Shown here: positions 32,746 through 41,043 of the stretch, piece by piece
How positions within the stretch are numbered: the stretch's first letter is position 1
Layout: each line of letters begins with the position of its first letter
Source: Diplonema japonicum
Lineage: Eukaryota > Protista > Euglenozoa: Diplonemea
DNA: 63,823 nucleotides
Reading direction: 5' to 3'
NCBI GenBank assembly: GCA_964019335.1
Contig: OZ025683.1
Coordinates: 248,001 to 311,823, forward strand
Notes under the pieces: model-generated
Told to the model about the DNA's origin: nothing
Seen by the model: only the letters and a program-made list of their open reading frames with translations
Database searches by the model: none
Translations under genes and position numbers: made by a program

Positions 32746-32835
32746 CACAGATTGTATCCAGCTGTCGGGAAGCTATTCCTTGGGATTTACCTGTTGTTTG
32801 TGGCCTGGAATTTGATTGCGGTCTTTGCGCTCTGA
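30922..32835 (+). CDS. K+-dependent Na+/Ca2+ exchanger (NCKX/SLC24 family); introns 32362-32419, 32543-32607, 32697-32750
   Basis: Alpha-1 DVAGATFLAAASSAPEFF, GTIVGSAVFN; alpha-2 MGLVVLAAGTSVPD...AVSNALGSNVFDI after splicing. Confidence 0.95.
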
Positions 32836-32856
32836 TCTCTTTTTTTTTTTTATTTA

Positions 32857-33205
32857 CGCTCCATATTCGCTAAGTGACCCACCAGAACCCGCATTTTGAA
32901 GAGCTAAAAAAATTTCTAATTGCTTTTTCTAGGGCTGGAATGGATTTATTTGCGTCCGGGGCCCAATGTTCGACATATGGCGAAAATGGCGACTTCCAAG
33001 GTCATTTTGGTTGGCCCCAATATTTTTTTTTTTGGAAAATTTTTTTTGGAACTTCCTTGGAACTCACCGTTCTTTCATGTTCGACATATGGATTTTTTGA
33101 AAAAAAAAATTCAATGAACCTTTGGGCATTTTTGACATTTTTTCCCCTATAGCCCCCTATAACCCCTTTGGGACATAGGGCGGGTCACTTAGCGAATATG
33201 GAGCG
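32857..33205. mobile_element. MITE with 24-bp perfect TIRs
   Basis: CGCTCCATATTCGCTAAGTGACCC ... GGGTCACTTAGCGAATATGGAGCG, flanked by TTA on both sides (PIF/Harbinger-like). An alternative reading is a TATTT duplication with ends 1 bp wider. Confidence 0.85.
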
Positions 33206-33383
33206 TTATTTTTTTTATTTAATTTTTGTAAAGTTAGATGAGGAAATTCCTAAAGAGCCATAAAAATCAGAAATCACTTTACCGTTCACGAGTAAAAATA
33301 AAGTGAAGAATAAAAATCAGGTAATAGGCCGAATTTGGCTTAAAGAAGTGCCGTAAAAATCAGTCTTCATCCGAGGCAAAAGA

Positions 33384-33540
33384 GGCATAAACACTCTTTA
33401 CCACGTTTCCGGGCCACCAAGCATCACACCTGAGGCTGGCAAATGCCGAAAATTACACTGGTCATGCATACAGGCGTTCTTTTGCACAATACCTTGTTGA
33501 TGAAGGAACCTGCTATTTTGGCTGGAAGTCAGACCTGATC
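33384..33540 (+). pseudogene. Tyrosine recombinase catalytic-domain remnant
   Basis: GINTLYHV/(frameshift)PGHQASHLRLANAENYTGHAYRRSFAQYLVDEG...FGWKS shows the HxxR and GW motifs; catalytic Tyr region lost. Confidence 0.8.
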
Positions 33541-33975
33541 AAGCCCCGCACAAAACCAGCAATTTCTGAAGAGCGATGATCAAGTGCCGACACAAATTAC
33601 ACAAAACCTACAGAATTCTGTCAATTTGACATCGTCTTCTCAGGCAATCAGGCTTAGTTTTTGACATCAGTGTGAACATTTCGCAGAAGTGAACATAAAG
33701 GGTTCACAGTGTCCGAAATTTCCTCATTTAACTTTACAAAAATTAAATAAAATATCATATTAAATAAAAATCAGGTAATCTGATTTTTATTTACCGGATT
33801 TGTACTTATATTGTTATGTGAAAAGTCCCAAATTGGGCAAAAAAATTCGAAAAAGGTACATAATATTTACAGAACACCATTAAGACAGAACATAAAAATT
33901 ACAAAAATAAAAAATCCCAAGACAAAAACAAAATATCCCCCAGCCGGGGAGGGGGGGGGCGGTATTACCGCAATT

Positions 33976-34508
33976 CTAGTTCACTATTGCCCAGTCCTGC
34001 ACGTAGCACACCACATAGTCGCAGGACGGGCAGACCCTCCCGCGGGTGCTCATGTCATGCTCACCAGAGCATTCCGTGCACTCCCACCCTGGTCTCTCCT
34101 TTCTAACCTGCTTGAGGGTTGCGCTGCAGTTGGGGCAAGGCACCCTCGTCACGTTGTTCGTTCGCTGGCTTGGGGTCACCTGGCTTGGTGCCGCTGCTTG
34201 GCTTGGGGCTGAGGCTTCTTGGTCAGGCATTCCTTCTTCTTCTTCTGCTTCTTCGTCAGAAGAAGGCGCATCAGAAATGGCCTCTATGTCGATGCCCAGC
34301 CTGCTGAACATCTCAGTTATCTCAATGTCCGGGTCTTCGGGTGCTGGTTCCGGGTCGACTGACAGTCCCGGGCAGGCTGGGGTTGCTCCAAGCGGGACAT
34401 CACTTCCTCCACTGCCTGCCTGGCGGCTGGGGGGAGAGAGGAGCCTGTTGAAGCCCCTGCAACGGGCGCGTACCGGTCACGGGCAGTCAGGAAGCCATGG
34501 AGCGACAT
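33976..34508 (-). pseudogene. Frameshifted ORF with Cys-rich zinc-finger-like C-terminus, inside the element
   Basis: ORFs 34317-34508 and 33976-34311 join with one frameshift; CPNC...WECTEC...CPSCDYVVC. Confidence 0.5.
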
Positions 34509-34800
34509 GTTTTATTCAGAGAATTGGGTTGGATTTTTTTAAATGATTATTTATGTTGGAACTGCTTAAGGTGGTAAATAAGTAGGAAAACGTGACTTTG
34601 ATTTTAGTGGGGCCTGTCCTGGGGGGGATCAGGCCAAAAAATAATAAAAATAGTTTTTTGTATTGTTCTGTAAAAAGTCCCAAGTTGGGTCCAAAATTCG
34701 AAAAAGGTACATAATTTATACAGTACACTAAATCCCCAGACCATTATTAATGAACAATATAAATACAAATCCGGTAATAAATAGTTTTTTTTTTTTTTAA

Positions 34801-34925
34801 CCCTTAGGCCGCCAAAGGTGTCGGGGGGGAGGGGGAGGATACCTCGAGACTTTATATTGTTCAATCTTTGCCAACAAGGGGCACAATCGGGGAAAATCAA
34901 TATTTCCCCTCGGCCCGCCTAAGGG
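34801..34925. mobile_element. piggyBac-type MITE (125 bp)
   Basis: TTAA|CCCTTAGGC ... GCCTAAGGG|TTAA. Confidence 0.85.
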
Positions 34926-35270
34926 TTAATTGCGATTTTCTTTTTTTTTTTTTTTTTTTTTTTTCATTCTTCTGTTACAATAAGTTTCATCCAAATAAAA
35001 ATAAATAAGATGGTTTCTTCAACATCTTCTTCTTTTTTTTTTCTCCTCTATTCTTCTTCGTGTAAGTTATTATACTTTCCCCCCCCCCTTTCTTTTTCTT
35101 TTTTTATTATGTACCTCCCCTATTTTTTTTTCTTTTACATTAACAATGATTGTACTTGTCAGTACTAAAAAGAAGAAAAAAAAAGGAAGAAATTCAGAGT
35201 AGTTAGTTGCTTAAAGCTAAAACATGTGTGAGCATAGTTTTCCTCTTTTTTCTTTTTCTCTTTTTTTTCG

Positions 35271-35312
35271 GCGGGCCGTTGCTAACCACTTCGTTCCTAT
35301 CATAGTGAATTT
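35271..35312. repeat. Second copy of the 42-bp repeat
   Basis: Identical to 2449-2490. Confidence 0.75.
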
Positions 35313-35927
35313 TTTTTCTTCTTCTTCTTCTCTTCCCATTTCTCCTTTTGAACAAAAAAAAAAAAATGCCCTCTTTTTTTTTTTCTTGATTTCCCCACTC
35401 AGCGTCAAGGCTCGGGATAGCTCGCGAAGAAAAAAAAATGGAGAAAAAAAAAGAAGTGGACTTTTTTTGATTGAAAGATTTTGATTCAGAAAATGAGAGC
35501 ACAGTGCAAAAAAAAAAAAAAAAAAAAGAAAGGGGCGGCATTTTTTTTTTACAAATTCCTTTGATGGAAAAAGGGGTGGGAAATTAAGGAAGAGAATGAG
35601 GGGAAAAAAAAAAACAAAACAAAAAAAAACAACAACTTGTTATTACTTGTCAAAAAGAAAAAAGAAAAAAAAAAGAAGAAGAAAGGGTGTGAAGAGGCGG
35701 AAAATGATAGAGAGCGAGGTCACCTGAGAGGTTTTATAAAGATTATGCACACCACCCTTCCCTTCTTCACCCCCCCCCCCCCCCCCCCCTCTGCTACAGA
35801 TGTCTCGTTGCGTGATTGTTTGTTTGTTTGTTTGTTTGTTTTTGTCAGTCATAAAAAAAAAAAAAAAAAGATGGAGGAAAATCCCACATTTACACACAGA
35901 TTTCAAAAAAAAAAAAAAAAAAAAAAA

Positions 35928-36203
35928 ATGTTCCGTCTTACCCGTTGCATGCTCGGCACCAACACCGGCAAGGTTGTGAGGTGGTTGGACAACAAGGGGT
36001 TCGGGTTCATCCAGCGTGCTGACAACGACGGTGAGGTGTTCGTGCACCAGACCTCCATCCGCATGCAGGGATTCAGGTCCCTTGCCGAGCAGCAGGATGT
36101 TGAGTTCGATGTGGAGTCTGACCACATGGGCAGGGAGAAGGCCATCAACGTGACAGCGGTCGGCGGTGGCGACCCCAGGCCTTACGCCAGGGACAACTAC
36201 TGA
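35928..36203 (+). CDS. Cold-shock-domain protein, RBP16-like, putative mitochondrial, copy 1
   Basis: MFRLTRCML presequence; RNP1 KGFGFI, RNP2 VFVH, GFRSL. Confidence 0.93.
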   Translation: MFRLTRCMLGTNTGKVVRWLDNKGFGFIQRADNDGEVFVHQTSIRMQGFRSLAEQQDVEFDVESDHMGREKAINVTAVGGGDPRPYARDNY

Positions 36204-36636
36204 TCAATATGATTGAGATGAGGAGGTGGAAAAAAAAAAGAGAAATAAAAATGAATGGGGGGCCTGCCTGTTACCAACGTCGTTGGCTTTGGAAAAAAAA
36301 AAAAAAGAAAAAAAAAGTCTAGGTTTGCAAAGAGGGGAAAAAAAAAAAAAAAAAAAAAAAACAGAAGAAAATTAAAGAAACAAGAAAAAAAAGAAAATAT
36401 TGTAACATTTCATCTCTACCCCGCCCGCCCCCCCTACCTTCCCAGATGGTGCTACTAAGATGGCCCCCCGCCTTCTCTTTCTTTCTCCTGAAGGGAGAAA
36501 GAGAAGAAGGAAGGATTTGAAGCTTATTTCATTATTTAATTGTATCATTGCAGACTAGTTATTATTGCTTTTTTACATTTGATAAAAAAAAAATTAAAAA
36601 CAGGCAAGTTAAAAAAAAAAAAAAAAAAGAAATAAA

Positions 36637-36912
36637 ATGTTCCGTCTTACCCGTTGCATGCTCGGCACCAACACCGGCAAGGTTGTGAGGTGGTTGGACA
36701 ACAAGGGGTTCGGGTTCATCCAGCGTGCTGACAACGACGGTGAGGTGTTCGTGCACCAGACTGCGATCCGCATGCAGGGATTCAGGTCCCTTGCCGAGCA
36801 GCAGGATGTTGAGTTCGATGTGGAGACTGACCACATGGGCAGGGAGAAGGCCATCAACGTGACAGCGGTCGGCGGTGGCGACCCCAGGCCCTACGCCAGG
36901 GACAACTACTAG
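36637..36912 (+). CDS. Cold-shock-domain protein, copy 2
   Basis: As copy 1 with two amino-acid differences. Confidence 0.93.
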   Translation: MFRLTRCMLGTNTGKVVRWLDNKGFGFIQRADNDGEVFVHQTAIRMQGFRSLAEQQDVEFDVETDHMGREKAINVTAVGGGDPRPYARDNY

Positions 36913-37310
36913 AACCTTTTCCCTCTTTTCTTTTTTTTTAAAATTTCCATTCCCCCCCCCCCTTTATTATTTTTAATAAACCCCCTCCATTAATAATTTT
37001 TATTGCCGTCTTTTGAGAAAGTCTAAGCAAGAAAAAAAAATAAGTGTGTTCAAAAAAAAAAAAAAATGTGGGGGGGGAAATAGTCAAACGGGTCTTTCTT
37101 TCTTTTTTTTTTCCTTTTTTTACTTTTTCATTTTGTTTTCCACGATCCCCCCATATGCTTTTCTTTTTTTTTTTTTTTTTTTTTTCCTTAATTTTCCTTT
37201 TAGAACAAATCGATTTTTTTTTTTTGTTCTCCCGACGCCCCCCGCCCAACGACCCGCATCCCCACAAAAAAAGAAAGCGGAGAAAAAACTGGGAGAAAAA
37301 AAAAAAAAAA

Positions 37311-38840
37311 ATGGAACTACAACTTTACATCAAAGAGGAAAAGGAAAGAATAGTAATAATTATTGAGGAGCGCGACACCATAAGAGATTTGAAGAGGAAA
37401 ATCGAGGCGAACACGGCATTCGAGAGTGGGATGTATGAGATAACAGTGGAGGGAAGCGAGGAAGGCGCACAGCCCCTTGATGAAAAAGGCGACGAAAACC
37501 TAATCTCCGGTGAATGTCTGTGCTCAGGCGACGTTCTATGCATCGCCTTCACAAAAAAATACCTCCTAGCGGAGATGAAAAAGGGCGTGAAAAGCCTAGA
37601 AGACTTCCCCAAATGGGCCACCTCCGATATAGAAATAGTTGAAGAAGCACTGCTACAAGGCTGGGGTTGGGAAAGCGTTCATCAATCTCTAAAAGACGAT
37701 ATAAATTTTGTCATTTCAACAATACACCTTGCATCGGACTGGTTCCAAGCAAACGAGTCGCAGCTGGTAACGAACAACACGAATTTACTACTGAATGTGG
37801 TTCGTCGGGACCCGACAGATTTCTGGATAACTTGCGATCAGGAAGACACGGAGAGAACGTTTTCACAGTGGGACGCATCCTGCCTCGACGAAAAATTTTG
37901 GAAAGCGTTCATATCGTTGTTCCCCGGGCATTATAAACTTCGCTACGGCGAGCTGTTATCGCACCATCCGGTGGACGCGGGGGTATTTTCCGACAGGCTG
38001 ATCATGTTAGAAGCCATTCAAATGGGCGGTTTGTCTCTTGAAAAGGTAGCCTCCGAACTTAAAACCGATCGTGAAGTTGTTCTTTCTGCAGTGTCACAAA
38101 ACGGCTTGGACCTCCGTTACGCAGCAACACACCTTATACACGATAGGGACATTGTCATATCCGCTGTTACCGAAAACGGTGACGCGTATAAATATATTGT
38201 CTGCCCGAAACTTCGCTCCGATCATGAGATTCTCAAGAAAAGTGTGGAGACCGGCGACGCCACGCTTCAGCACGCTCCTGTGGAAGTCCGTGGTGACAGA
38301 GACCTCGCAAAGCACTGTGTAAAACACGATTGGAAAAATTTTATGTACCTCTCGGAGCACCTTCAAAAAGACACGGATTTTGTAGTATGGGCGGTGAAAA
38401 CCCATAAATCACTTTACAACTATCTATCGAAAGAAGTACAGGCGGTTAGCAGGGTTCTATGTGCGGCTGCGAAATGGGACGCTTCTTTGCTGGGAAACCG
38501 GCCTTTCAGTGATGTGTGTTGTGCTGATAGGGGTTGTATGCTGGAGCTGTGCAATTTTAACGGCCGGCTTCTTCATTACGCGCTTCCGCCATTGCTTGAG
38601 GATTGCGATGTTGTGCTTACTGCGTGTAGGCAGAACCCTGAAGCGACGGTTCATGCGTCTCGGGTTTTGACGGGGTCGAAGGATTTCGTTGTTTCGTGTT
38701 TGGCCAAGTTGCCTACCTTTCATCTGTGCTACCCGCACCTGCCTCCGTCGCTAAGAGCCGACCCGGATGTAACAGCGTTGCTGCCGCAGTCTACTTTGTT
38801 CAAGGAGCTGACCTTCACCGTTGGGAACGATGTTTTTTGA
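37311..38840 (+). CDS. Ubiquitin-like N-terminus + DUF4116 repeat protein
   Basis: MELQLYIK...DTIRDLKRKI (UBL); repeats such as DREVVLSAVSQNGLDLRYA and DRDIVISAVTENGDAYKY. Confidence 0.85.
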   Translation: MELQLYIKEEKERIVIIIEERDTIRDLKRKIEANTAFESGMYEITVEGSEEGAQPLDEKGDENLISGECLCSGDVLCIAFTKKYLLAEMKKGVKSLEDFPKWATSDIEIVEEALLQGWGWESVHQSLKDDINFVISTIHLASDWFQANESQLVTNNTNLLLNVVRRDPTDFWITCDQEDTERTFSQWDASCLDEKFWKAFISLFPGHYKLRYGELLSHHPVDAGVFSDRLIMLEAIQMGGLSLEKVASELKTDREVVLSAVSQNGLDLRYAATHLIHDRDIVISAVTENGDAYKYIVCPKLRSDHEILKKSVETGDATLQHAPVEVRGDRDLAKHCVKHDWKNFMYLSEHLQKDTDFVVWAVKTHKSLYNYLSKEVQAVSRVLCAAAKWDASLLGNRPFSDVCCADRGCMLELCNFNGRLLHYALPPLLEDCDVVLTACRQNPEATVHASRVLTGSKDFVVSCLAKLPTFHLCYPHLPPSLRADPDVTALLPQSTLFKELTFTVGNDVF

Positions 38841-39207
38841 TATTATTTTTTGCAAAAAAAGAGTAGAGGCAGCTTGTCCGTTTATCCCTACTGTGGGTGA
38901 AAACGGCTTGCACAAACAAAACGGCTTGCACAAACAATCAGCCGACTCTTTTTTTTTTTATACAAGGGGGAGAAAAAAAAAAGTAAGTGCATTGAAGCCC
39001 ACCACTTCATGTTGCCACCCCCACCCTCTTCCCTTTTATTAGGCTTCACAGTCGTTTTTTTTTTTTTTTTTTTTTTTTTTTCTCCTGCATTTCATTTTTT
39101 CCCTTCTGTTTTGCATAAAATTTATTGATTTTTTTTATTAGTACTTATTCATAGGGGGGATAAAAAAAAAACAGGCATTGCAAAAAAAAAAAAAAAAAAA
39201 AAAAAAA

Positions 39208-39483
39208 ATGTTCCGTCTTACCCGTTGCATGCTCGGCACCAACACCGGCAAGGTTGTGAGGTGGTTGGACAACAAGGGGTTCGGGTTCATCCAGCGTGCT
39301 GACAACGACGGTGAGGTGTTCGTGCACCAGACTGCGATCCGCATGCAGGGATTCAGGTCCCTTGCCGAGCAGCAGGATGTTGAGTTCGATGTGGAGACTG
39401 ACCACATGGGCAGGGAGAAGGCCATCAACGTGTCAGCGGTCGGCGGTGGCGACCCCAAGCCCTACGCCAGGGACAACTACTAG
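39208..39483 (+). CDS. Cold-shock-domain protein, copy 3
   Basis: As copy 2 plus T>S and R>K changes. Confidence 0.93.
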   Translation: MFRLTRCMLGTNTGKVVRWLDNKGFGFIQRADNDGEVFVHQTAIRMQGFRSLAEQQDVEFDVETDHMGREKAINVSAVGGGDPKPYARDNY

Positions 39484-39831
39484 AAGTGTGTAATGGGTAG
39501 GAACAACCTATTGAGAGTTAGTGAAATGCTTCGTAGTCGGTGGGCCCCCTCTTATTTTTTTTTTTTTTAAATCTTTCTTTTTTTTTCCTTTTTTTTATTG
39601 CCCCATTTCTTCCCCATCCCATGGTTCCAAAACGAAAAAAAAAATGTAATTTTTTATTTCAGACCTTTTATAGTCATTTCCCAGCCCAATATTGTTTTTT
39701 TTTTTTTTTTTTCCTTCTCCCCCCCTTTCCAGTTTTTTTAAAGTTCACATTTTGAAATGATGTACGGGAAAAAAAAAGGGGGGGAAAGGCCGATACAAAA
39801 AAAAGGTTGAAAAAAAAAAAAAAGAAATAAA

Positions 39832-40107
39832 ATGTTCCGTCTTACCCGTTGCATGCTCGGCACCAACACCGGCAAGGTTGTGAGGTGGTTGGACAACAAG
39901 GGGTTCGGGTTCATCCAGCGTGCTGACAACGACGGTGAGGTGTTCGTGCACCAGACCTCCATCCGCATGCAGGGATTCAGGTCCCTTGCCGAGCAGCAGG
40001 ATGTTGAGTTCGATGTGGAGTCTGACCACATGGGCAGGGAGAAGGCCATCAACGTGACAGCGGTCGGCGGTGGCGACCCCAGGCCCTACGCCAGGGACAA
40101 CTACTAG
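39832..40107 (+). CDS. Cold-shock-domain protein, copy 4
   Basis: Protein identical to copy 1. Confidence 0.93.
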   Translation: MFRLTRCMLGTNTGKVVRWLDNKGFGFIQRADNDGEVFVHQTSIRMQGFRSLAEQQDVEFDVESDHMGREKAINVTAVGGGDPRPYARDNY

Positions 40108-40342
40108 AACATGAATATTATCTTTTAGAAAAAAAAAAGAAAAAAAAAACTGAAAAATAAAAAAAGAGGGGAAGAAAGTTAGCCTGATGGCGCACTGGTA
40201 ACGGTGTTACCTTATTTACATCACTTCTCCGTTAAAAAAAAAAAAAAAAAAAGAAAGAAAAAAAGATTGTGTTTCCCCTCGTCCTATACGACATAACATA
40301 CGTAAGGTTTATTTAAAAAAAAAAAAAAAAGAAAGAAATAAA

Positions 40343-40436
40343 ATGTTCCGTCTTACCCGTTGCATGCTCGGCACCAACACCGGCAAGGTTGTGAGGTGGT
40401 TGGACAACAAGGGGTTCGGGTTCATCCAGCGTGCTG
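40343..40436 (+). CDS. Cold-shock-domain protein, copy 5, truncated by the assembly gap
   Basis: First 31 codons identical to the other copies, then Ns. Confidence 0.85.
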
Positions 40437-40636
40437 NNNNNNNNNNNNNNNNNNNNNNNNNNNNNNNNNNNNNNNNNNNNNNNNNNNNNNNNNNNNNNNN
40501 NNNNNNNNNNNNNNNNNNNNNNNNNNNNNNNNNNNNNNNNNNNNNNNNNNNNNNNNNNNNNNNNNNNNNNNNNNNNNNNNNNNNNNNNNNNNNNNNNNNN
40601 NNNNNNNNNNNNNNNNNNNNNNNNNNNNNNNNNNNN
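40437..40636. other. Assembly gap (200 N)
   Basis: N run. Confidence 1.
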
Positions 40637-40960
40637 ACTGTAACATATGACTATGATGGAAAAGACGATGAAATATCACATCTGCGGCACCTGATGGAGC
40701 TTAAGGACAGAACAATAACAGCCCTGAAGCTAGAGGTAGCCGAACTCACGGAAAAGACCGATCGGCTCGAATCCGAAAAATGCCGCCTCGTCACCGACCT
40801 TGCAAGGGAACGAGCAGCCCCACTCCAACCAAACCAGGACTTGCTCACGACCAGAATACGGACAGGTGATCCAAGCAAATCAAAGGAACCATACCTTCTA
40901 AGACACATAGAACATTTAAGGGCTTCTGCATCGCCTATATATAGGGACACACCTGTTTAG
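40637..40960 (+). CDS. 3' part of a coiled-coil hypothetical protein (5' end in the gap)
   Basis: Open frame DEISHLRHLMELKDRTITALKLEVAEL... to a stop at 40960. Confidence 0.6.
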   Translation, partial: TVTYDYDGKDDEISHLRHLMELKDRTITALKLEVAELTEKTDRLESEKCRLVTDLARERAAPLQPNQDLLTTRIRTGDPSKSKEPYLLRHIEHLRASASPIYRDTPV

Positions 40961-40992
<32 letters not shown>

Positions 40993-41043
40993 GAAACCGG
41001 GTAAAAAAGAAGAAAAAAAAAAAAAAAAGGGTAATGAAAAAAA

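Larger units (their letters stand above)
33213..34784 (+). mobile_element. Tyrosine-recombinase (Crypton-like) element derivative
   Basis: IR pair 33213-33248/33717-33752; second IR pair ~33789-33813/34753-34783; ends TAATAAATAG; contains a YR remnant. Confidence 0.7.

Noticed and set aside
38900-38938. 18-bp tandem duplication AAAACGGCTTGCACAAAC
   Set aside because: Two copies only; ordinary slippage.
40343-40960. CSD-coiled-coil fusion ORF
   Set aside because: Artefact of reading through the N gap.
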